DNA of 64,000 bases from Eledone cirrhosa. Lineage: Eukaryota. Below the pieces are notes generated by a model that did not search any database, had not been told where the DNA came from, and was given only the letters and a program-made list of their open reading frames with translations. The DNA lies in the NCBI GenBank assembly GCA_964016885.1, contig OZ024741.1:253270001-253334000 (forward strand), given 5' to 3'. The translations under genes and the position numbers were made by a program. Shown here one piece after another: positions 44,205 through 55,741 of this stretch (position 1 is the first letter of the stretch; every line of letters begins with the position of its first letter).

Positions 44205-46147
44205 TATATTAGTGGTGGGACATACTATGGTCACTCGTATAGTTAACCAAGTAATACAGAATGGGGTCATACCAAAAGATTGGCATAGCACCATCATCAT
44301 TAACTGCTACAAGGGTAAAGGAGATGCTCTAGATAGAGGAAACTATAGAGGCATTAAGTTAGTTGACCAGGTCATGAAGGTCACAGAAAGCGTTATAGCG
44401 CAACTAATCAGAGAGCGAATTGATCTACATGAAATGCAGTTTGGGTTTGTGTCAGGTAAAAGTACCACAGAATCTCTTTTCCTTGTACGACAACTACAAG
44501 AGAAGTACCTAGCTAAAAGTAAACCCCTCTACTTAGCTTTTGTAGACCTGGAAAAAGCCTTTGACAGAGTCCCCCGCGCCATTATCTGGTGGGCTCTTAG
44601 AAACTAGGTGTAGATGAATGGCTTGTGAGAGCTATACAAGCTATGTATAATGAAACAGTCAGTAAGGTTAGAATTAACAATGAATATTGTGAAGAATTTA
44701 GTGTAAAAGTTGGTGTTCACCAAGGCTCTGTCCTTAGCCCCCTCCAATTTATTATTGCCCTTCAGGCTGCCTATGGGAACTCCTATATGCAGATGATCTA
44801 ATGCTCATAGCTGAATCAATGGCTGAACTAGAAAAGAAATTCCAAACATGGAAGCATGGCCTAGAATCAAAAGGCCTTAAAGTTAACTTGTCTAAGACTA
44901 AAGTCCTAGTTTGTAGAAAGGAAAATAAGGCACAGGTACCCTCAGGGAAATGGCCTTGCTCAGTGTGTAGGAAAGGAGTAGGCAGAAATTCAATTTTATG
45001 TCCCAAATGCAAAGTATGGGTACATAAAAGATGTAGTGGGATCACAGGTAAACTATCTAAGAACGTAGACTTTATATGTGGCCGATGCTCAGGTGCAATA
45101 GGTAGCAAGCGCCCACAGGATACTAGCCCCTTCTATTGCTCAGATGGTTCTATAGAAATAGTAGACACTTTCCATTACCTGGGTGACGAAATCAGCAGTG
45201 GTGGAGGGTGTTCTGAAAGTACAGTAGCCAGAGTCAGAACGGGATGGAAAAGGTTCAGAGAGCTTATACCGCTGTTGGCCACAAAAGGTTTCTCTCTAAA
45301 AATGAAAGGCAGATTGTATGATGCTTGTATACAAACAGCAATGCTACATGGCAGTGAGACATGGGCATTGCGTGCAGAGGACCTGCGTAGACTGGAAAGG
45401 AATGAAGCATGCATGCTCTGTTGGATGTGTAATAGTAATATACGTGAACGGCAAAGCATAAAAGAACTAAGTGAGAAATTAGGAATAAGAGGGATCAGAA
45501 GCTGTTTACTCGAGAGAAGACTACGTTGGTATGGCCACATGATGCGCATGAAAGACGATAGCTGTATAAAAAAGTGCAGGGCGATCAAAATTGATGGTAG
45601 TTACGGAGTAGGGAGTCCCAGAAAAACCTGAGACGATCTGATAAATTCCGACCTTACACACTTACACCTCTCCAAGACAATGTCACTGGACCGAGATCTT
45701 TGGCGCTACACAGTAATACAGAAGACCCTCCTTGCCTATGTACAAAGCGAAACCTACAGTGAGTAGGCACCTCTTAACCAAATATACACCCCAATCCACT
45801 ACCCCTACTGTATCCTCCCACTCCCACCAACACCACCCTCTCTCTATAAAGTTGGTAGCACAACATCCAGTCCAAATAAATGAGATAAATGGGATCGAGA
45901 TCGTGTAGGTGTCACGAGAAAAAAAACACAGTCCACGCTGTAATGTGGCTGTGTAGGTAACACAGTAAAAAGTTCCCAGTTCCACACTGTAAATATAGTT
46001 GGTGCTAGGAAGGGCATCCAGCCGTAGAAAACCTGCCAGATAGTCCTATATGAGCGACACATGGTCACCCGACCAACCTTGCCTCAAGTGGCACAACTCC
46101 CGTCTAACCCATGCTAGCGTGGAACGTGGACGTTAAACGAGGATGAT
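44205..46147 (+). mobile_element. 5'-truncated RTE-clade LINE (RT plus Cys-rich PHD-like insert), disrupted
   Basis: Motifs IPKDW..YKGKGD..NYRGIKL, QFGF, AFVDLEKAFDRVPR, GVHQGSVLSP, LLYADDL, CSVC..CPKC..WVHKRC..CGRC, HYLG, LHGSETW and RRLRWYGH. There are stops, frameshifts and a deletion near 44605-44770. The tail is GGACGTTAAACGAGGATGAT. Confidence 0.93.
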
Positions 46148-46278
46148 ATATGTCTTTATATATGTGCATGTAATATATATATATATATGTAATATCTCTC
46201 TCTATATATATATTTATATATATATATATATATATACACATATATATATATATATACATATATACATATATATATAAT

Positions 46279-46624
46279 GGAGGCACATGGCTTAGTGGTT
46301 AGAGCATTGGCCTTGCAATCGAAAGGTTGTGAGTTCAATTCTCAGACCGGGTGACGTGTTGTTTCCTTGAGCAAGACACTTTATTTCACATTGCTCCAGT
46401 TTACTCAGCTGTAGAAATGAGATGATAGGACTGGGGTGCCTATCATTCTACTGCAAAGTGGTTGTGGAGGTGCCACAGCATAAAAGCACCCAGCACTCAC
46501 TGTAAATGAGGTTGGTGTTAGGAAGGGCATCTAGCTGTAGAAATCAAGCCAGAATCAGTTCCCGTCCCACCCAAGCAGGGAAAAGGGGACGTAAAATAAA
46601 ATGATAATGAAATGATGATGATGA
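46279..46624 (+). mobile_element. CORE-type tRNA SINE with RTE-like tail (copy 56389-56720; fragments 57790-57965(-), 58786-58890)
   Basis: A box TGGCTTAGTGG, B box GAGTTCAATTC, CORE-like CCTTGAGCAAGACACTTTA..CCAGTTTACTCAGCTGTAGAAATG, and tail GGTGTTAGGAAGGGCATC..(GAT)n. Confidence 0.85.
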
Positions 46625-46640
46625 TATATATATATATATG

Positions 46641-46678
<38 letters not shown>

Positions 46679-47117
46679 TTTATTCGTATCTTGGAAATTT
46701 TGGCACAACAACTTTGGAATAAAGACATTATCAGAGACAAAGACTAATAGAATAAGGATGAGTGAGGTGGGGTGGGGTTTCTGGTAGTTTTTGTACAAGA
46801 AATATAGTGTGGAGTGAGCCAATGATGTTTGTATAAGAATTTTGGTGGGGGTGATCAATTGTATTTGAAATATGGCAATAGATAAAAGGAGGTGACAACA
46901 GACTGTAATGTCAGACTGCCAATAAGATGTCTTGTTGGCTTTCATTGATAGTAGAATTGAGTTGAATGTATCAACTGTGTGACTGTGTTAATGTTGTGTG
47001 TGTATATGTGTGTGTATATGTGTGGGAGTGTTTGTGTGAGTGGAGTGGATGTGACTGCAGGAGCATTCATGTCATGGTATACCTACGATACACATATATT
47101 CACACGTTTCTACATAT

Positions 47118-47148
<31 letters not shown>

Positions 47149-47262
47149 AACACACACAACCATACACACATATATATCTACCTATCTCTCTCTCACTCTC
47201 TCTCTCTATCTCTCTCTCTATATATATATATAATCTATCTATATATATATACATACATACAC

Positions 47263-47293
<31 letters not shown>

Positions 47294-47327
47294 TACATAC
47301 ATACACACACATATATATATATATATG

Positions 47328-47389
<62 letters not shown>

Positions 47390-47451
47390 TATCTATATCT
47401 ATACATATCTATATATCTATATCTATCTATATGTATATACATATGTTAGTA

Positions 47452-47492
<41 letters not shown>

Positions 47493-47620
47493 GGAAAAAA
47501 TGAAACGAAATTTCATTTCTCACTCTTAGTACGGCTGTTACTTATGTGTGCATGCATGTATATAAATATACATACTACTGTATGTCTGTATACATATATG
47601 TATGTACGTGTACATACTTA

Positions 47621-47656
<36 letters not shown>

Positions 47657-48005
47657 AAAAGATACAGCAAAGAAAATGATTATATAGTCCTTATTTGGCA
47701 GAGCAAGATGATAAAAACTCTTTGGCGTAATCAGTAACATCGACATCACATCGTATATGTGACAGATACTTAGTTTGAAAATTCCAAGAGAGCCTGTTCT
47801 CTTTTTTTTCAGCCCCAGATTGATGTTCATAAATATCTGATATAATTTATATTTAGAGTCTTAACAGCTAATGTAGAACTTAAATCTATATTTGAGCTCT
47901 ATTGGTCTCACTTGGAGATCTGCTAGGATCATTTGAAGGCAGCTGATTCTGATAGTAGCTTCTGGAAGAGGTTGTGTCTCAAGAATAATGAGTGGTGGTG
48001 GTGGC

Positions 48006-48662
48006 AAAGAAGAGGAAGGAGGAGAAGATGAAGAGGCAGGAGAAGAAGAAGATAAAGCAGAAGAAGAAGGGGAAGGGGGAGACAAAGCAGAAGAGGAATA
48101 GGAAGAAGGAGAAGAGTAAGACAAAGAAGAGGAATAGGAGAAGATGAAGGGGAAGGAGGAGAAGAGGAAGAGGAAGGAGGAGAAGAAGAAGATAAAGCAG
48201 AAGAAGGGGAAGGGGAAGACAAAGCAGAAGAGGAATAGGAAGAAGGAGGAGAAGATGAAGATGAAGGAGGAGAAGAGGAAGATAAAGCAGAAGCAGAAGA
48301 GGAAGGGGGAGACAAAGCAGAAGAGGAATAGGAAGAAGGAGAAGAGCAAGACAAAGAAGAGGAAGGAGGAGAAGATGAAGAGGAAGGAGGAGAAGAGGAA
48401 CAGGAAGGAGGAGAAGAGGAAGATAAAGCAGAAGCAGCAGAGGAAGGGGGAGACAAAGCAGAAGAGGAATAGGAAGAAGGAGAAGAGTAAGACAAAGAAG
48501 GGGAAGGAGGAGAAGATGAAGAGGAAGGAGGAGAAGAGGAAGAGGAAGCAGAAAAAGAAGGGGAAGGGGGAGACAAAGCAGAAGAGGAATAGGAAGAAGG
48601 AGAAGAGTAAGACGAAGAAGGGGAAGAAGGAGAAGAGTAAGACAAACAAGGGGAAGGAAAAG
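48006..48662. repeat. Polypurine (GA-rich) minisatellite
   Basis: Recurring AGACAAAGCAGAAGAGGAATAGGAAGAAGGAG at variable spacing of about 90-140 bp. The + strand is almost purely purine. Confidence 0.9.
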
Positions 48663-48899
48663 AGTTTTTTAGCATTGCTTTCCCATGATAAGTCCTCTCC
48701 AGTAGAATATCTCTCCACTTGTCTCCTTTGTTGGCATTAGGAAGGGCATCCAGCAATAGAAACACAGCCAACAAAATGGAATATTTGAACAGGCCATGGT
48801 GGTGGAGGAAGTGGAGGAAGAGTAGGAGGAGAGAAGACTAGACTGAAGAAGAGGAATAGAAAGATGAGGCAGAAGGGGAGGAGAAAGACGAGGAGGAAA

Positions 48900-49310
48900 A
48901 TCTCCTTGGTGATGTTCACAACATCTTAAGATCAGCTTTCACCACCATCACTGCTCAAGTTTTCCTTGGTCTTCCTGATTCACAGCATCCTTCCATATAG
49001 AACTCTTGGCACTTCATCTGCTCCCCAACCCACACACAGTCCAAATCATTATCTTTATGTCTAACAATATATTTCAATACCAATGCAATTTTACCTCCTG
49101 CTCATTACATTTCAATCTTCTTATACACAATTCCTCTCTCAACTCATCTGTGCTTCATTGTTCATACACATTACATACATTACATATCCAACAGTGAATG
49201 CTCAATAGATTTCTTTGTCACCGTCACACACATACTTTATACTCAATGTCCACATCTCAGTACCACGTAACATTGCCCTACACACGTAGGCATCATGAAG
49301 TCTATATACA
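48900..49310 (-). mobile_element. Degenerate RTE LINE fragment
   Basis: Reverse-complement translation RLHDAYVCRAMLRGTEMW parallels RLYDACIQTAMLHGSETW of the 44-46 kb LINE. Confidence 0.7.
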
Positions 49311-50975
49311 TAGACACATACATGCATACTGGCAGACATACATACATACAGGCATACAAGCAGACATATATACTTACATACATACATACATACATGCATA
49401 CTGGCAGACATATATACATACATACAGGCATACAAGCAGACATATATACTTACATATATACATACATACATACATGCATACTGGCAAACATATATATATA
49501 CATACAGGCATACAAGCAGACATATATACATACATACATACATACTGGCAGACATATATACATACATACAGGCATACAAGCAGACATATATACTTACATA
49601 TATACATACATGCATACATACATACTGGCAGACATACATACAGGCATACAAGCAGACATACATACATACATACATACATACATACTGGCAGACATATATA
49701 CATACATACAGGCATACAAGCAGACATATATACTTACATATATACATACATGCATACATACATACTGGCAGACATACATACAGGCATACAAGCAGACATA
49801 TATACTTACATATATACATACATGCATACATACATACTGGCAGACATACATACAGGCATACAAGCAGACATATATACACACATACATACATACTGGCAGA
49901 CATACATACAGGCATACAAGCAGACATATATAAATACATACATACACACATACATACATACATACTGACAGACATATATACATACATACAGGCATACAAG
50001 CAGACATATATACATACATACACACATACATACATACATACATACTGACAGTCATATATACATACATACAGGCATACAAGCAGGCATATATACATACATA
50101 CATACACATACATGCATACTGGCAGACATATATACACACATACATGCATACTGGCAGACATATATACACACATACATGCATACTGGCAGACATACATATA
50201 GGCATACAAGCAGGCATATATACATACATACACACATACATACATACATGCATACTGGCAGACATACATACACACATACATGAATACTGGCAGACATACA
50301 TACAAACATACATGCATACTGGCAGACATACATACACACATACACACATACATGCATACTGGCAGACATATATACACACATACATGCATACTGGCAGACA
50401 TATATACACACATACATGCATACTGGCAGACATACATATAGGCATACAAGCAGGCATATATACATACATACACACATACATACATACATGCATACTGGCA
50501 GACATACATACACACATACATGAATACTGGCAGACATACATACAAACATACATGCATACTGGCAGACATACATACACACATACACACATACATGCATACT
50601 GGCAGACATATATATACTTACATACATACATATAAGCATACTGGCAGACATACATACATACAGGCAGAGATATTTACTTACATGCAGACATACATATATA
50701 CACACACATACACATGCAGGCATTCATACATACACACATACATGCATACAGGCTGACATACATACAAACACACATGCATACAGGCAGACAGACATATATA
50801 CATACACACATACATTCATTCATACATACATACATACAGGCAGACATACACACACACACACATGCATACAGGCAGACATACATACATACATACATACAGA
50901 CATACAGACATCATACATACATAGACATAGAAAGATACATACATAAACGCATGCATACCAACATGCATACATACA
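49311..50975. repeat. (TACA)n-based compound minisatellite
   Basis: Units TACTGGCAGACATA and CAGGCATACAAGCAGACATA are embedded in TACA repeats. There is a 240-bp duplication at about 50103 and 50343. Confidence 0.9.
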
Positions 50976-51555
50976 TGGTGGCTGCCAACTCGTTTTCGAG
51001 TACGGCCACTACTTTATATCCATGTAGGAGAACCCCTCCCGATGCGCTGAACGAGCGTGACTTTTTAGTCCAGCCAGCGACTTGAAAACTCTGGTACAAA
51101 CACTACACCTGTGACAATTATTGACACATAGTGCTGGGCCCATGGTACCATGTGATGACAAGTGCAGAGAGATCTCCAGATATAAAGCAATGCCTGTGCC
51201 GTGAAGCTTTTATAGTGAGCAAAGGCACTGCACAAAGCCAGTCCCACTCTCTTAACCAAGATGATATTTACCAAAAAGAAGAACAAATCAACATCATTGG
51301 ATACCATCAGGGTTGCAGGTGTTATATCAGAGTTTTCCTTCTCCTAGAATTCTGCCTTGACAAAGGCTAAGGGGTCATCTCTCCCGGTGATTTTGGATGG
51401 CCATTGACTCTTAAGAGCTCCTTTGCCCTTTGACAGGTTTTGTTTTTAGTCCTGCAGGATGTCCAAAGTCATATGCATACATACATACATACATACATAC
51501 ATACACACACCTACTGACATACACATACATCACTTCATCTCTCTTTCATTAATGC

Positions 51556-51609
<54 letters not shown>

Positions 51610-51949
51610 TAGTAGTGGTAGTAGTAGTAATAGTACTAGTTGTTGTAGTAGTAGTTGTAGTTGTTGTTGTTGTTCTGCTGCTGCCTAAGCCAATAGATAA
51701 GCAGTTGGATAAATCTGACTGACTAAATATATTTTAAAAATTAAATTTTTAAAGGGTTGTAACTTCTTATATTAACTTCTCCCAAATTCAGCCTTGGCTT
51801 TTGTAATCAGCATGGAAAACTACATCTGTTTAGAGATTTACAATAAAATAAGACCCTGTTCCACAAATGGAATGTATATATATATATATATATATATAGA
51901 TATAGATAGGTAAATATACACGGGTGTGTATGATTGTGTATAGAAGATT

Positions 51950-52335
51950 ATATTAATAAGAGGAATTCCAACTTTGTCTGATTTACTCGTTTTATTTACA
52001 ATCCTTTAAAATATATATAATGGTATTATAATGAAATAGTATGATAGAATATTAAATTCTAAGTGTTAATTGAACAAGTACTTTCATGCTTTCGCAATCT
52101 TCAGGTTCATGATATGTGGTGACAGTCGAGTTTGCAATTTCCAACTGTTGAAAATTGCAAACTCGACTGTCACCACATATCATGAACCTGAAGATTGCGA
52201 AAGCATGAAAGTACTTGTTCAATTAACACTTAGAATTTAATATTCTATCATACTATTTCATTATAATACCATTATATATATTTTAAAGGATTGTAAATAA
52301 AACGAGTAAATCAGACAAAGTTGGAATTCCTCTTA

Positions 52336-52342
<7 letters not shown>
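51950..52342. repeat. ~390-bp near-perfect palindrome with a hammerhead in each arm
   Basis: Centre CAAC-T-GTTG at 52146. Confidence 0.92.
52183..52221 (+). ncRNA. Minimal type I hammerhead motif (mirror 52071-52109 on -)
   Basis: UGAAC-CUGAAGA-UUGC GAAA GCAU-GAAA-GUAC-UU/GUUCA. Stem III is the palindrome AAGUACUU. Confidence 0.88.
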
Positions 52343-52374
<32 letters not shown>

Positions 52375-52491
52375 GTTGTTGAATTAGCTTCTAATGAATT
52401 CTGTCAACCAATGACCTACACCCATCCCACTCCCCACCCTCTCCTACCACTTGTAGAGACCTATATATACCATAATTATTTTTTGATACCC

Positions 52492-52542
52492 AGATTCCTG
52501 ATGATTTCTGAAGAATGAAACAGTTCTAGTCCTGTAGAATCT
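52492..52542 (+). ncRNA. Type I hammerhead motif
   Basis: AGAUUC-CUGAUGA-UUUCUGAAGAAU-GAAA-CAG UUCUAGUC CUG-UA/GAAUCU. Confidence 0.8.
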
Positions 52543-52556
52543 CATCTATATTAAAA

Positions 52557-52595
<39 letters not shown>

Positions 52596-53405
52596 AATGT
52601 AGAAAAGTGGCACACGAGTTGATATATATAAACAAATAGTAAAAAGGAAAAAATTCAGTAGAAAATGCTGGAGGGATTTTTTCAGTATAATATCAAAACA
52701 TTTATTTAGAAAGTTGGTATTTCCACATTTAATAGTGGTACTGGTTTCAGCATTATATGCTTTTTCAATGGCAGATGTGCTAAGTGCAGTTAAGTTGCAT
52801 ATTTATACTAATAATAATAAAATGGGGAAGAAAAATTATTAGTTTTTACATACATATTTAGAGAGGGAAGTTCATGACTCTGTCCGAGGTTATTCTTTGT
52901 TTTTCTGTTAGCCATCTGTTTATATATATATATCAACATCGTTTAACGCTCATTTTACCATGCTAGTATGGGTTAGATGGGTTATGCCGTTTGAGGCAAG
53001 TTGGGTCAAGTGACCATGTCTTGCTCATATAGGACTGTTTCTGGCTACATTTCTACAGTTGGATGCCCTTCCTAATGCCAACCACATTTACAATATGTGC
53101 TGGGTGGTTTTTGTCATGACTCCTACATGACCACTTTACGGTATAGGCTGGGTGCTTTTAGTTGTGACACCTACATGACCACTTTACAGTATGGGCTGGG
53201 TGCCTTTTGTTGTTGGCATCAGATTATATATATATATATTTATTTATTTATTGAAATCCGTTTATCTTGAAAGACCGTGGATCTGCATCTGGAGAATTTT
53301 GTGTCACCTGCTGATGGCTATGCAGTGTCTACTCTGGCTATACAAGCCAACACAGAAGTGGCAGTCATGTATGAGCTCCTGCATTTGAAGTCTTCATATA
53401 CCTGT

Positions 53406-53445
<40 letters not shown>

Positions 53446-53448
<3 letters not shown>

Positions 53449-54014
53449 TGTTATGCTTTGGGAGGGTCATGTTGCCAATAAGAAACACATGCACCAGTTG
53501 CTTTCACTCCAATTTATTATAAATGAACTCCAACCAAAATTAAATAGAAAACATGAATGGAATAGCAACATCACAACTTACAATTAAGGACAAAATGAAA
53601 ATACACACACACACATAGAACAAACAACCAACCAGTAACATGTATATAACAAATATAAACACACACAGACACCTGGAGGTAACACATGCGCAAACTAAGC
53701 ACACAATACACACAAAAAACAAGATGGCGTAGGACAGAACAAGGGAGAGGCACAAAAACAAAGAAAAGAATCCCCAGTCACTGAAGAGGTCACAGAATGT
53801 GTGACGAAAGAACTTTGACAATATATGAACAATCGTCTGGTTGTGGAACCAACCAACCGGAAATTTATAAATTCTTAAATTTATGAATTTAATTTATAAT
53901 AAATTGGAGTGAAAGCAACTGGTGCGTGTGTCTCTTATTGGCAACATGACCCTCCCAAAGTATAACAATATCGGTTTCAACACACGTTTTCAGATGAAGA
54001 ATTTTTCAGAAACG

Positions 54015-54018
<4 letters not shown>
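53446..54018. mobile_element. Hammerhead-bearing element with a short 5' inverted arm (family of 27283-27863)
   Basis: 53446-53524 is an inverted copy of about 53890-53970. The hammerhead is at 53777-53819. Confidence 0.8.
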
Positions 54019-54077
<59 letters not shown>

Positions 54078-54264
54078 ACAGCTATATGAAGACTTCAAAT
54101 GCAGTAGCTCATACATGACTGCCACTTCTGTGTCAGCTTGTATAGCCAGATTAGACACTGCATAGCCATCAGCAGGTGACACAAAATTCTCCAGATGCAG
54201 ATCCATGGTCTTTCAAGATAAACGGATTTCAATAAATAAATATATATATATATATAGGAGTAGG

Positions 54265-54758
54265 CAGACCCAGAAAAACCTGGGACGACTTGATAAATTC
54301 CGACCTCACACACTTACATCTCTCCAAGACAATGTCACTGGACCGAGATCTTTGGTGCTACGCAGAAATACAGAAGACCCGCCTTGCCTAAGTGCAAAGC
54401 GAAACCTACAGTCAGTAGGCACCTCTTACCAAAATGCACCCCCGTCCCACTACCCCCACCCCATCCACAACACCCCCTTCCGATGTAAAGTTATGTTGGT
54501 ACCACAACATCCAGTCCTAAATAAATGAGGTCGTGTAGGTGTCACGACAAAAAACACACAGTCCACACTGTAATGTGGCCTTGTAGGTAACACGGTAAAA
54601 ATCTCCCAGTCCACACTGTAAATGTGGTTGGTGTTAGGAAGGGCATCCAGCCGTAGAAAACCCACCAGACAGTCCTATGCGAGCAAGACAACCACTCTTG
54701 CTTCAAGTGGGAAAACTCTCGTCCAAACCCATGCAAGCGTGGAAGATGGACGTTAAAC

Positions 54759-54790
<32 letters not shown>
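54265..54790 (+). mobile_element. RTE LINE 3' fragment
   Basis: Matches 45615-46147 and ends in a (GAT)n tail. Confidence 0.85.
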
Positions 54791-54791
<1 letters not shown>

Positions 54792-54798
54792 ATATAAT

Positions 54799-55407
54799 AT
54801 TGAGATGAGCGGAACAAGTAAAATTCAAACAATCTTTCAAAATAAATTAAAAAAATATAATTTAAATATTTACCTATCTGTATTGCTTTTACTGACGGTT
54901 TTGCCTCACAAAAGATTGAAAATCCGAGGGACTTCCAATGGAAAGTTCGGCTCTTCAGAAAGCATTTTCCCTTACATAGGACTTAAAGTCCCACAGCCGG
55001 CAAATATATTGCCTTCAGCCAGCTAGTGCAGGATTGAATGGGACCGTAAACGTGATCTACACGTGAATTGGTCATTAGTAGAAGCGAGTGTAGCATAGAC
55101 GTGTTGTCTGCCACACCACTAAAACTAGTAGCTAGGTAAACAACAGATTTTTTTCTCTACACATGGGATAATATACATAAAATGAGATCAATATCCCCAC
55201 AGGGACTAAGTACCCTCAGAAATATATAGGATGTCTATGATACAGTTGTTGTTCAATGGTATTACTTTGAGATACCAGAACTATAAAATTGAGATGAGCG
55301 GGACAAGTAAAATTCAAACAATCTTTTAAAATAAATTCAAAAAATATAATTTGAATATTTACCTATCCATATTGCTTTTACTGACAGTTTCGCCTCACAA
55401 AAGATTG
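54799..55407 (-). mobile_element. Partial-tandem element (period 489 bp) with hammerhead motif at 54884-54964
   Basis: A direct repeat ATTGAGATGAGCGG.ACAAGTAAAATTC..CCTCACAAAAGATTG occurs at 54799 and 55288. Reverse complement: UGCUUU-CUGAAGA-GCC..GGC-AAAAC..GUA/AAAGCA. The second repeat has canonical GGCGAAAC. Confidence 0.78.
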
Positions 55408-55709
55408 GAGTGTGTGTGTATCATATAATTATAATTATGCTACTTGTTTAAAAATACATAAAATTAAAACTCAGATAAATTGGTAATTTGCCAGTTCAGT
55501 TTGACAACAATGAAAATTGCAGCTTATATAAGGAGTAATTATTAATTATTAATTAGGTAGTTTAACTTGTTAATTACCTGAATTAGTGTAAACAGAAAAT
55601 ATAGTTGCATATTTGAAATTATTCTAAATAAATTAATTTGTTAAAACAATAAATTTTTTAAGCACTGCATAGATGATTAACATTTATATGATATAATTAT
55701 ACATACTTT

Positions 55710-55741
<32 letters not shown>

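Noticed and set aside
47861-47990. Possible terminal exon of an upstream gene (TQPLPEATIRISC..)
   Set aside because: Weak acceptor and no recognisable homology; it cannot be supported from sequence alone.
52735-52775. Reverse-complement UUGAAAA-AGCAU AUA AUGCU-GAAAC
   Set aside because: Two core mismatches and no stem I, so it was not counted.
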